Source: Takakia lepidozioides | Taxonomy: Eukaryota; Plantae; Bryophyta | Assembly (NCBI GenBank): GCA_030704615.1 | Contig: CM060731.1 | Location: forward strand, 22,754,001 to 22,818,000 | Reading direction: 5' to 3' | Length of the DNA: 64,000 nt | In this document: in pieces, positions 10,047 to 29,020 of the stretch | How the letters are laid out: every line of letters starts with the position of its first letter | Numbering within the stretch: position 1 is the first letter of the stretch | Made by a program: the position numbers and the translations under genes | Notes under the pieces: generated by a model | The model's database searches: none | What the model was told of the DNA's origin: nothing | The model's input: only the letters and a program-made list of their open reading frames with translations

Positions 10047-13000
10047 TTTTGATACGGCATAACAGGTTCGAACTTTGAACCAAACATGCATGTCCAGATG
10101 ATTAGTTCTCAGTCGGTGTGTTACAAATTAATTTTTGAGGACATGCTAGATTGAAGTGATCATTACATCTTCTTCAAATTTAACATTGCTACACCAATTT
10201 CAGAACTTTAAGGAGAAAGCTCCATTAGTATGTGTAGTTGAGTACAGTCGAAGCCATTGTTGTACCCTACACATCTTGTAATTGTACCTTGTTGCTCGTT
10301 GCTTAATACCTGATGAGATTCTCCATATTCCTCATGGTGGCCTTGATGTTTTACTAGCGCTCTCATTGTGGCATGAGGGATAGTACATCATATGCATAAT
10401 ATGCATGTTTTTGTGCTTGGCAACCAGAGTCCTCCAGCTGATTGACAATTCACTCACCTCCGTCCCAAGTTGACCACTCAATGCATATACATGAGGGTCC
10501 AACTCTTTGAAATAAGGAGAAGGTGACGAACTCTGCCACATCTCATGCTTCAACATCAGGACAAGGGCTGAGTCACTGACATTCGGAAGTCAATGAGCTC
10601 TTATTTAGTGTCATACCAAGTAATCCTTTCCTGCGAGCAGACTTTAGGACTACAGCCTACCCACTAATCCCCAAATGTCTTGTTTGGAGACTAGTTTTGG
10701 GTACATTAACCCATCTTCACATCCTTTCCACACCTCTCATTTAACGCGGCAACAAGGACAGAATAAATTGAGAAAGACAATTTGGACATTCAGAATTGGC
10801 ACCACAAATTTGAAGAACCAACTAAAACTTGAGGTGAGCAAAATTGGTCAATTTGATATCCACTTGAGAGTCAGTACATGGCCTGTGATAGACCCACCTC
10901 ATTCTTGGGTAAAGGCAGTGTAGGCTGTATGGATATACATCGATGCCACTTCATCACTCCCACGAAACCTTTAGTGCAGAAGATAGGAACCCTCCCTGAC
11001 CTCCATAGCCAGTGAGAGAGAGAGCGATCAACGAAGTCGTTTCCAGACTTAAAATGTTTCAGAAAATTATTCTAGTCTTAAATTCAAGGCAACAGATGGG
11101 AATTAAATGCTACTTGATAATAAAATCAAAAAAGGCTAATATCAAGTAGTTGATACTTTCCTTGAACTACCAATAGTGGTTTCAAGGAGAGATAACATTG
11201 TCGATTTATCTTCCCATGGGGCTGTAGCTGCCCAACAGGAACAGACAACTGATACACAAGATACTCCAAATACACTGCATAGCACTGGTGGGTGGTCATC
11301 CGACAAGTGCAAGCATTCCAGCATTTGTGTTAAGGAGTCATTTCTGGACATCGGTGTGCCAGGTAACCCTAAAAAGTTGACAAGACTTCCCACACAACTA
11401 AGATGCTGCATAAAAATAGAATGACAGTCTTAACAACCAATACTCACATCACATCAAACAAACAAGATATAATTTCTAACATCTGCATGGGTGTGAATGC
11501 TCCCATTAGCAATGTGTGCAAGGTGATAAACAATTGCTGAAAGTTTGCAAAATTACTGTGGGATAAAGCCAGCAACAGGACAATATGCGATTAATATGAT
11601 TTCAGACATAAAGATAGTTACACTGACAAGTGTTGACAAATGAAGTTAAAGCTTGTGAAAACTGCGAATTGCAATAGAAGCCGTCAGGCAGCAGGGTAAG
11701 CATGGATACACTGAGAAGAGTCAACCAATACTTAAAAAAGAGAAAGATGGAAAGATTCCTCTTGTTATGGCTGCCTGATATCATTCAGTACTGATAGTGA
11801 TATAAACACGAGGAGAATTTTAAAAGAAGTGCAGACGTACCTGGGTGTATATTGTACAGGACAGTAAGGGACATATCAAGTCACTCGCACACTTGCAGCA
11901 CAGTCTGGCATAAAGATCATAGAAGATCTCTGCTCATGCATCCTGTAATTCACAATCTGTCGATTTCCCCAACCACAATGCACTACCTCAATTCCCAGTT
12001 GCCGGAGCTATGCTAATTTTTATGGACATCCTTCACCCTCAGACAAGCTCAAGTTCCTTCAATCTCTGGGAAAACACAGAGGAAGCCACTTTGCTAGAAC
12101 TTCATAGACGACTGAGCACATTTCAAGATCCTGTTATCCAAGAATTGAATGACGAAAATGCACCAGATTACCAGAAAATTCAACGTCTGCTTTCCCAATG
12201 CTTTACAAAAAGGGCACCTGCATAAACCCTATATACTCCAAGAACATAGTGTGCACCAAAACCTGAAGCTGTAAAGTGTCAGATGCCCAGGTGGAGCATG
12301 CAGGAATGGCCCATGCCACTGCTACATACAGAGTACTTTCGCCTGGATACCATGCAATAATTGAACCCCATACATTTACAAATCATGAGAAGAGGGGACA
12401 GCTGCAGGATAGGAACAACGATAGGTGCAGCTTCAAGCTCTATGTGGACATGAGACTCTCAATGCAAAACTAGACCTGGTTTGATGTAGCCAAATTGCAT
12501 AAAAGCACTTAATTGCCAAGACACTGGGTCAATTTTAAAAGGTCATACAAAGACACATGAGATTTTCCTCACATTACTTCAATTTAGCATGGGGAAGGGC
12601 AGAACACCAACTCAAAATCTTGTCACAGAGAGCTGTGTTTTCCGCAATTCGAGCCTGGTCTACAGAAGCTACCTAAGCGACAACCTATTTAGGTGGCCAG
12701 GTTCAGGAAGCTCACAGGGTCGGAGTAGATCCAAATGTAAGGGCATGTGGCTATCAAAGCAACAGCAGCAGAAGAGAAACTGAGTCTGCAACAGTCACTC
12801 ACTGTATTTGGAATCCTTGTCACAACCAAAAGCACAAAATCCAACCTGTTCCTGAAATGCCAATAAGGCAAGCTGCTGCATTGCTGCTCAACGTGCTGAG
12901 AAGGACCAACGGGAGGCAGCCACCACCTAAGGTGCATATGCAGTCAGTTCTAAGCAACATGTGGGCACACAACAGCATATCAGCATCAGGACTATGGATT

Positions 13001-14019
13001 CCAGCACCCGAAAAATCTGGCAATTGCAAATATGCCAGTCTACAAGAGCAGAACCTGACTGACCAGTCCACAGTCAGACGCATGACAACACGCTATCACA
13101 TCTGTCCAAGGAGAGAGAAAATGGAATTCCTGCCTCTTTATCCTTTACCACACCTGTGCCCATTACTGATGGCTTCAGGAGCAAACCACGAGCGGTTGCT
13201 ATGAGTCACAAGGAGCACACTAGACACGTGTGGTGACAACCCCATGACAGGAAGACTAGAGTACCTTCTCATAGCTGTTACCTAGCGCTTAAAAGCACCG
13301 AGAGGGCTAACCGCCTTGTTGAGACCTGAAAGCATCCCTGAAGAAAGAACGTGGATCAGACCGCATGCCCTTTGGCAGATAACTACAGCCTTCCTTCAAG
13401 TCACTTCCACAAGAGACTCTAACAAAACGGCACAAGATTGAAGACCCAAAGTGAAGCAAGCACTATTTCCAGTTCAGCTTCTGAGAGAGAATTTAAGAGA
13501 GGTAAACATTCCAAAGCCTCCCCAAGAATTGTGCAATCAAACTTTGTTTCCAGTCTTGTATTTTTGTGCTGTAGTATCCGCAAGCGGTATCTGAAAAGGT
13601 AATGCATGACCATTTAAGGCCCAGTCCCAGCCACATACATCTCATGCATGTTTCTAAATACACCAGGACCACGACAGCACCAGTGAAAACAACAGCAGCT
13701 TTTATAGCAGGAGCATATAGAGAGGAAAAAAACGCCTTGGGCGTGTTGTCTTACAATAGAAACATAGTTAAAGCTCTGGCGGTATCGCCCATAACAACAG
13801 CAGAAGCCCACCCTCGCCAGGCGCCACTGGTGCTTTGGCACAGTCCAGCGACGAGCAAAGCCACGACAGCAAGAGCGTCCCATCAATAGTGAAACAGTGT
13901 GAAGGGCACATAAGACAAATGTTGATTACGTTGTCCAAACATAGATGTAGACCCTACCACTAGCACGGCATAATGTATTTCTAGACACGCAACAATGCGC
14001 CAGCACTGGCATAACCACT

Positions 14020-20041
<6,022 letters not shown>

Positions 20042-20561
20042 TGTGGTAATGACTTCCAGTTAACACAACACATTCCAAACCTGCGGCTTACCAGTACCTG
20101 CTTCTCCTAAACATCGATCCGTCCACCTGCACAAGATCATCACTCTCTCAAATTTATCTCTCCACCTTCGTCGATGGAGAGAGCGAGAGAGAAAGAGAAA
20201 GAGAAAGAGAGAGATAGGGGTAGGGCTCCAAGCCACAAGTGCCGATTTCACTCAAAGAACGACCGACCTGGATGGATGCAGTCTATTTATCATTCATCAC
20301 CTATACGTAGTATAGATGTAATTCATCCACATGCATTCGACGTCGTTCAATCTTTGCATCCACACTGGATGAGTGTCGTTCGGATGCATGAAGAATAGTG
20401 ATGAAGGATGGACGAATGTTGGATGGATGATGACGGAAATCATCTGAGACAAGAGGACGTTCCCGCGCTGGCTCTTCAATCGACCTCGGCCCGTTCTCTC
20501 TTCTCTCTCTTCACCACTCACAGGATACAGGACCCCAATTCGACGCTTTTGGATCTTGTCT
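20042..20561. promoter_or_regulatory. Candidate bidirectional promoter/5'UTR region between PRP4K and Ku70
   Basis: Divergent ATGs at 20041 (-) and 20562 (+), GA/CT-rich tracts on both sides, and a central imperfect foldback. Confidence 0.6.
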
Positions 20562-23500
20562 ATGGATCTCAATGGGGGAGAGGGTTTGTTCGATGACGAT
20601 GAGGATGAGCAGAACTTTGAGAACGGATCGGTGGGTCTTTCTGCACTCACTTTGCTCATTTGCGCTCTCATGCTGCTTTGATGGGAAGGCGTTCGGTTAT
20701 GAGAAATTGAGGGTTTTGTAGCACCTTGATTATCATGCAGTGATTAAGATTTCTTTTGGGTGAAGGAGCTTCTCAATTGTCGAGGTCTGGGCAAGAGAGA
20801 GTTGGAATTACTGGCTATTTTGGAATGGGATCAGCCCAATGCTGAGAAGCAAGAGGGGATTGGTAGTGCTCGGGTGCATTTGAATTTCAGGAGAGCAGGT
20901 GCTTATGAACACCCCGCATCGAGGGGAGCTACCACGTACCTCACCCGTTGAATATTATGTCTGTGTTGGTGTACAGGACGTTGCTGCCAGTAGGGAGTAC
21001 GTGGCGTATCTAATTGATGCAAGTCCTGCTATGTTCTTAGACTTTAATGAAAAGGTTCGTGGCTGCTCTCTAGTTATTGTGGGATATAGAGCTGGGAATG
21101 GGGGAGCAGATCGGGGAATGCTAATTTGACGCCCCCCGGGTTTTATTTTTTCCCTTTATCAGTAAAGTATTACGGAGTGCCACACCCCTCTTTAAAGAAA
21201 AGAAAAGAGGATCATTCCACAAACTATCGCCCATTAGATTAGCGTCTATAATTCTTTTCTCTCAAGCAATGGATGTCTGTGTGTGTGTGTGCATTATGGT
21301 GGGCTGGGGTTTTATAAATTTCCCGCCCCCTTGTAATTCAAAATAAAGTTCTTCCAGGCCTCTGTCCCCTGTTTTTTATTCGCTGACTAGGCAACTGGAT
21401 GGGAAGGGGGCAGAAAGGGGGGAATAGAGTGGAGGCAGGTTGAGGGAAAGGAATTTCACTTTCAGATGTTATGAAGAGGCAGGAACATACTGACATGAGG
21501 ATTGTGCAGGACTCCTATTTTGGGGCAGTGATGAAGTGTTTGGAGGAGAATCTAAAGTCACGGATAATTGCCCGAGATGACAAAGTTGGGATCTGTTTCT
21601 TCAACACGGTCTGTATTTTCCTCTTCCAGTCAAACAGCCAGTCACTGCCTCTTACTTTCCTTGAATGCAAATGTGCTGCCCATTTGCACATTAAGCTTTG
21701 GATGGTGCTGCTGCTATGGCTCACACAGACTAGTCCTGAGCAGTGTTTGGGCATGGTGATGTACAGCTGATCGGCACTGTAGCCATTAGGCTACTGCAAG
21801 ATATACGCCATTCACTGACTACCAGGTGCTTGTGGGACAGAGAGAAAAGAAAAATATCCAAGACACTGAAGGTGTGTATGTCTGGAGTGAGCTCGTTGAC
21901 CCATCTGCCGAACTCATCCGAAATTTTGCTTCTCTACCTGGTGTGTCTCATGCATTTCATTTCCCTTAATACTTTTATTTCTCACCTTTTCTCCTTTAGA
22001 AAGGCAGAAATATTGGGAAAGCAGTATGTCCTGCAACACAGAAAGTGTACACGCAAGTGCTACCTTCAAATAAGGAATAGTATTGTGGAGAAGAATTCCT
22101 GAATCACAACATTAACAACAAGTTTTTCATAGCATAACATAGATCTGGGTCATGTGAGGGATGTTTTCATCTTGGAACTAACCTTCGTCTCGTTTGGTAC
22201 TTGGGTATTTGTGTGTAGTTGTTGTGTGCTTTAGGATGACAGTGCTGATGTTGTGAAAATAGTGGGTTGGCCTGAGGTAGCAACCCATATGGCCATGTTA
22301 CTTGCAGCTCTGCTTTAGGTCCCGGAAGCGTGGCATGAGGCTAGTTGCTTTTGCGTGATTTGTACAAACTGAGCTCAGCTCTTTGACAATGCAAGTCTGG
22401 TGTCAGGGTTGCAGACAATGCCTGTGCTTGCTGATTTGCTCACTCAGCTGCTGTGAATCATAGTGCAAAGTGTCTGCACAAGTGAATAATTTTGGCTGCT
22501 CATGTGCTTGGAGTAAAGTCTAACTCAATGCCAAGTATTTTTCCAGAGAATTTTGAGAAGGAGATTGGAACAAATAATACTGCTGTGAAGGAGGATCCGC
22601 TATTTGACGCCCTCTGGGTGGTCCAGGCCATGCTTCGTTCAGGGTATTGCCTGTTTCCACAGTCACTTGCCACCCCCACTGTTCCTGCTGTGAAAATTAG
22701 AAGACAGGTTGAGCTGTTATTCTTACCATAGATAGTTGGGGCAGGACAACCAAAAATGTGGACAAGCGCATATTGTTGTTCACCAACAATGACGATCCAT
22801 TTGGTGAAGCTGATGTTGCTGTCAAAGCTGACATGCGTCGCACCACCATCCAACGTGCCAAGGTGAGTTGGCAGAGCCTCCTCACTGGAGCTGGTCTATT
22901 TGCATACCAGTCTCTGGCGTTTCGACCCCTCATCTAGAGAGTATTTTGGCTTCTTTTCAGATAGCCAATATTAATACTGATGATTCTTGTAATTAGAGGT
23001 CATTCTATAATTCATTAAAACATTGATTGGCTTTCTTTGTGGAGAGGGATGACAGGATGCACAAGACCTAGGGATAGCCATTGACTTGATTCCTCTAAGC
23101 AGGCATGGCGAAGAGTTCAACATGGCCATCTTCTATGAGGTGAGCCAGCAAGTGTGCTTTGTGAATAGTAAGCAGCGTGGAGGTTGAAGTTCTTGATATA
23201 CTGATAAGTGGGACTGGAATGGCAGTCAATTGTGCAATCAGAGGACGAGGATGATGGAACAACGTTCCTTACGGCAGCAGCCCATAAGTAAGTCACTGGT
23301 GATGGATGAAGTTTTCCTTTTGCACTGAGAATTGGCCATGATAGCTCTTATTGGTATGCTTGCCCATACCTTGATGCAGGATGGTGAACACCTCTAATAC
23401 ACCTGATTATGATTGCCTACAAAGTGCATGGTTGTTCACGTCCTGGAGATCAAGCTTGAATTGCCTTTGAAATAGTGGACATTGTAACGCAAGCGCAACT

Positions 23501-26500
23501 AAAAACCAACATGGCCAGGGGACGATGCGACTTCCTCTGTTCTTATGCCATCTTCAGCTCCTGCTTCATGGGGCCTAGTAGCCAACACATCATGACAGAG
23601 TAGTTAAAGGCAGGTGAAGTGTTTTGATGTCTATGTCCATGCTGTGTTGTTTGAAGGTTTCAAGATCTCAAGGACAAGCTCAGGAAAAAGCTATTTAAGA
23701 AGCGTGTGGTGCGGAGGATGACTTTGACAGTGACAAGTGGCACAGACATAGGGATTAAAACCTATGCACTAGTGCGTCCTGCTGCTGCAGGTAACACATC
23801 TATGACCAACCATGTGCTATTGGGTGGACAATACGAGTGGGACCAGAGTTACTCACTAGTGGGGCTGTTGGGGTTTGTTGGGGGCAGTTTCTCACACCTG
23901 GGTGGATTCCCGCACGAATACACCTTTAAAGGTCTGCCTTCATGCTATGCTGCGCTCTTGTTGCCTCTCTTTAGGAGATGACTTCTATCTGTAACACCAG
24001 TACTGTACTCTTGTGGTTGCCCTCTCTATAGATATATTTTACAGCTTCGTTGAGTTGCATGTCTCATGCCACATCCTCACCCACAGACCAACCATTTTCG
24101 ATTTGTGTGCAGTCCGAGAGGTCTTACATTTGTTCCGACACCGGGGCACTCATGACTGAGCCTCTCAAGCGGTTTGAAGAGTACCAAGGGTAAGAAGTCA
24201 AAACTCTTTCACATGAGCATCACAGCTTTGATGCTATATTTCTGTTTGACATGCTTGCTTTCACAGAATCAGGACACTGACAGCAGTCAATGCAGGAAGA
24301 AGGTGGTGTTCACAACAGATGAGGTGATGCAAATCAAGAATGTAACAAATGTGCAATTGCAGCTTCTGGGGTTTAAACCACTGGGCTGCTTGCAGCAATA
24401 CCACAACCTGCGGCCTCCCACTTTCTTATATCCTGATGAAGAGGTGATTTACTGTTCCCTGCCGTGTTACTCAATTCAGGTGGCCATAAGGTGGATTTGC
24501 ATCTTCTGTTCAAAACAGCAGTTACATATGAGTTGCACATTCTGGGATCTTTCTGGATCCAATCTTAAATTATGTGTTTTCTGCTTATTCTTGTACGCAA
24601 TCATAGCTGTCAGAGTGCTGTGAGTGGCATCAGGAAGACTATGCTTGCAATGATATGTAGAATAGCATGGCATGGCTAAAGGATCAAGAGTGGATATGGG
24701 TGGTTATTGGGAATCAGGCTGTTCGGGGGAGTACATCTGCGTTTATTGCTTTGCACAGGGCAATGCTACGTGTGCATAAGTATGTCAATTCTGACTTTGT
24801 ATTGCCCTATTCGTGGAGTTTCTGTTTATTTATTGGTATCATGGGCTGTCAGATCAGTGCAGATTGAGTTCTCGTTCCAATTATTTGCAAAAGGATTAAT
24901 CAGTATTGTTTGCTTGTCCAATCCAGATACGCTGTTGCATTATATGGGACTCGAGCGTCATCACAGATGGTTGCATTGGTTGCACAGGTTGCATTCAATA
25001 TTTAGAATGCAATATTCCTATTCATAGTGTGCTCTTTTTTGTGGCCTTTGATGGGCACTCTTGACTACAGTCTGTTGGCAATCTTTACATATAGCAGTTG
25101 TTCATGTATGTATGGCCTTCCAAAATACATATTGTTTCAACCTTTGACTACTCAGCCACGTGGGCGGATGATGACATGTTCACTGCAGGAAGAGGAAGTG
25201 GATGAGGAAGGGTTCCAAACACAACCCCCTGGCATGCACATGATCTACTTACCGTATGCTGATGATATCCGCGGTGCTGAAAAGGCAAGTTTAGTCATTT
25301 TTGCTGTCAGGAGCTGCCTCCAATCACTACCACTGAAAGTATCTTATGGAAAAGCTCCTCTTAAAGTAACATGGTTGGATGAGGGTAAGGGTGCAGTTTA
25401 ATCTGAGCAGTGAGGCAAGGGCAACCATTGCATCCAAGGAGCAGGTGGACAGAGCATTGGCTGTAATTAGGAAGATTGAGATAAAGAACTTCTCTGTCTT
25501 TGATATTCCAAATCCAGGTAGAATGTGCTCCTACCCACCTTTGGCCTCGTTTTTCTTGCGCTATACTTGTCAGCCCATAGGTTTGAAGCCAAGGTAAGCA
25601 GATTTATTAACTGTTTGATGCTAATGGAGTAGAGTCAATTTCCTCTCAATCTAACCCACATGAAGATTCAAAGTTTATGGATTAAGGATGATTGAAAAGG
25701 TTTTATAAGTCAAAACAGAGAGCTCAAAACTCAGATCTTCAATGCAACAGCAGTTTAGGTGCTAAAAAACAAAATTTGTGTATAAGAAATGTATTTACTG
25801 CAGATTAAGACTCAAATATTCACAATATGCTTACTATACTAGGAGAAATTATTATTCCATATTTTGGTCTTCCTTCTAGGCCTTAAAAAATAGCTGGCTG
25901 TGAGTTGAAATAGTCATTCAAATGTACAACTGTGATGTATATGTCTTTGATTGGCAACTCTCAACATAAGAATTGCTCACTGTGGATAAGGATTAAAGAT
26001 CCTAGGGGTTGATAGGTTTGAGATAACCAATCAAATAAAACTTACATGAAGACAAAGTTACAAAGCTACAACGACTGTGGACCTCTGAAGGAAAAGCCAG
26101 AGATACCTGTTCTGCATTTTGTTGTGTGTTTTCTTATTCACGTGATTCAGCAGGAACCTCTCACTGCATGTATTGCTTGCCAACGTACAACTAAAAGTTA
26201 CCAAAACAATAATTAAATGGAAATCACTTTCACTAAGACTGTCATTACAGTCACATGTGAAGTTGCCCATTATAGATTAGTTTCTGGGAGGAGTGTGCAT
26301 GGTTGCGAAGGGGGAGCAGGGACAGGTAGACTCACTGATGAGATTATAAGATTTCTGTTGTCATCTTTGCCAGGGACCCTGACCCTGCAGTTGTTTGTGT
26401 TGGAGAGGAAAGGGGGAAGGAGGGAGTGAGAGCAGACTGGGTTGCCATTGTGGTAGAAGGTCCACTCCAATAGGGGACTTCCTCTTCAGAATGAGATTTC

Positions 26501-27441
26501 CAGCTTTACCGATTTTCTCCATAGCTCGTACAACACTATCAGCTAGATATGGGGATGAGTTTAACACATAGATCTAAGAGCGTCATCAAGACTCTTGAAC
26601 TCAACCAGTCAAGCACAGCTACACACACAACAGTGATGTGTTTCTAGTCCCGACACCTTTGTGTGTGTCAATGACAAGGCTGCTGCCCCATCAGCTTTTT
26701 GGCAGTAGGGCTGGAGTGACTTATGCAGCACGAAGTTAGGCTTGACTCTCACCGATGTGGGCATAATATCCAGCTTTGCAGAGGCATTACGCAATCCTAC
26801 AGGGAGTAGCATTAGGCGAGGATGAGGAGCTACCTGAAGTTGAAGACTGCACTCTGCCTGACGCTAAGGGCATTGCCAGGTATTATACTTCAACCACTGT
26901 TGATGTTAGAAAGGTAGGGTATCTCTTGGGAAGGCACAAGTGGTAATTGCCGTGGGGTGTAAACAGGGCAACGGAAGCCGTGCAGGCCTTCAAGGATGCA
27001 GTTTATGGGCCAGAGCATGACCAGGAAAAGGCTGATGCAGCTGCTGCACATGCTAGGGGCAGTGTGGCATCACAGAAACGCAAGGCGGCTGCTGATGTGG
27101 CTGCCAAGGAGGCCAAGGAATACAACTGGGTGGAGCTGGCTGACACGGGCAAGGTGCAAAGTGACCTCTACTTCTTTCTCTAAGAGGGTGACACCCTATG
27201 TTTCTGTCCAAACTAGGCGCTGGGTGTATGGCCACATGGGTACGGCAAACAGTCTTATGAGTGCATTCTTAAGGGGGTGACATGTATGATGACGTGGCTG
27301 ATGGCTGGGATTGGGTGTGGACTGCAGCTGAAGGAGCACACTGTACAGGAACTCAAGTATTATTTGACTGCAAACAAATTGCCCCTTACGGGTAAGAAGG
27401 AGGTCCTAATAGATCGCATCCTTTCTCATCTTGGCAAGTGA
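20562..27441 (+). CDS. KU70: Ku70 (XRCC6) NHEJ DNA end-binding protein, multi-exon
   Basis: MDLNGGEGLFDDDEDE..., REYVAYLIDASPAMF (vWA), KRILLFTNNDDPF, LLGFKPLGCLQQYHNLRPPTFLYPDE, PPGMHMIYLPYADDIR, IPNPALQRHY, and a C-terminal SAP domain LKEHTVQELKYYLTANKLPLTGKKEVLIDRILSHLGK*. Confidence 0.96.
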
Positions 27442-27999
27442 CCCACTTCCAACATCTGTATCCAAGGAGTTTTATGCGCACCAGTTGTTTCAATTCAGTC
27501 TTGAGGGATGCAGAACCATATAAAGGCTTTAGGGTTCAAGCGCAAGAAGGTAAAGACCTGGCAACACCTGTAATTGTAGAGATAGTGACAATGCTACAGG
27601 AATATGCGACTGTCTAAGAACTTGACATGCACTCTAGGATTGGATACGTACATCAAGATCTTTCCTCTTTGTAAGTCAAGGGGCATGCTTCAGGACTTGT
27701 CCATTCTCATCTACAAACATAGTTTGTGGGTGAGCTGTTTCTTCATTTATGTGTTGTGTAACATAGGGAGAATATGCCTTACCCTTCTCAAATATTCATC
27801 AACAGCCTTGTCCTCACAATTACTAACTCCAGGCTAAGGTGGAGGTGGTTACTGGCATTTTGTCTCCGATGTGCTTCCTGCCTTCTATCACACCTGGACA
27901 CAGATCCCACCAGCAAATTATGCAAGTGTTGAGGCTTCACATCGAACCTGGTGGTGAACCACTTCTCTAACGCATTATTTTCAACTGCTTTCCAATTCT

Positions 28000-28570
28000 T
28001 ACCTCATCCTAGAATAGCTCTACCTTGTGAGTAATTGCCGAACTGCATTTGGATACAATCTCTGCAACATCAGATCAACACAAATCGGTTCCCTAACTTC
28101 AGGGATGTTGCGACAGTGCTAGCACTCCTAATGGAATCTGCCACGAAATAATCCTGATTCGAAACCCATCCCCCTCATATTATGATCCATTCACATCTGA
28201 GTCATCCTTCCAGCTACAGATTTGTCGAATCGATTCTTCTGAACTCCTGTTCCGAGTAACCAGGTACAAATCAGTCTAATCTCGAGACTCTCGACCCGCC
28301 TGATCGTGAGAACTTCGAACTATGTACTTAAACCTTTTTGCAGGACAAAGTGTGTTTTGAACGTCGACAAAGACACGGCATTCTTGTCCTCAACTTGCAG
28401 ATGGTGTTCATTCCTTTGATAGAAACGATAGCGGCTGCAAAAGAGCAACTCATTCTCTCCAAGTCCTTAAACGATGATGATGATCCGAAGCGCACGCAAC
28501 GGGAAGACTGAGTCGCACAACAAAGACTGCAAACATTCATGAGCCTCGTTCCTCCATCAGACATAAACGA
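28000..28570 (-). mobile_element. Highly decayed tyrosine-recombinase ORF (DIRS-like YR retroelement relic)
   Basis: With frameshifts: EDKNAVSLSTFKTH ... WI..MRGMGFESGLF(V)A-D-SIRSASTVATSLKLG, resembling the YR consensus ED..LCPV..LK.Y ... RWI..M...GID..F.AHSxRSAS. Confidence 0.4.
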
Positions 28571-28814
28571 GTGACTCTGTAGACAGTGAGGAGCATATTC
28601 CTCGACATTCTAGGAATCATCTTCTTTTTGTAGAATATTCCCTAGGTTCGGGACACGTTCGGGAAACAGAATTGCAGTTTCATGATTATATTTCTATAAT
28701 AATATGATTTCGTACTTTTGTACAAATTAAATATCATATGAGTTAATATCTACCCCAAACGCCCGAAAAATCAAATCAGCTAGAGGCGAGCCCACTAAGC
28801 GGCTGTCCGAATAG

Positions 28815-29020
28815 AAGTGGCAGCGTGCATTGGGCCCACATGGCCAGTGCATGCCCCTTCAAAGTGGCTATTGCATGTGGGGCGCACATGGCTATTGCAT
28901 GCAACATCTAGCAAGCTGACTCAGTTCAACTAGCGTGGCTATTTGCATTGGGCCCACATGGCTATTGCATGCCCCTTGAAAGTGGCTATAGCATGCGGGG
29001 CCCACATGGAATCCATGCCA
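28815..29020. repeat. Tandem duplication (~115-120-bp unit) built from gggcccacatggctattgcatg motifs
   Basis: tgcattgggcccacatggc..tgcatgccccttc/gaaagtggctat..catg.gggg..cacatgg occurs at about 28826 and about 28944. Confidence 0.75.

Noticed and set aside
11450-13400. snoRNA/snRNA/tRNA cluster downstream of PRP4K
   Set aside because: No convincing C/D or H/ACA boxes with terminal stems and no tRNA cloverleaf were recognised.
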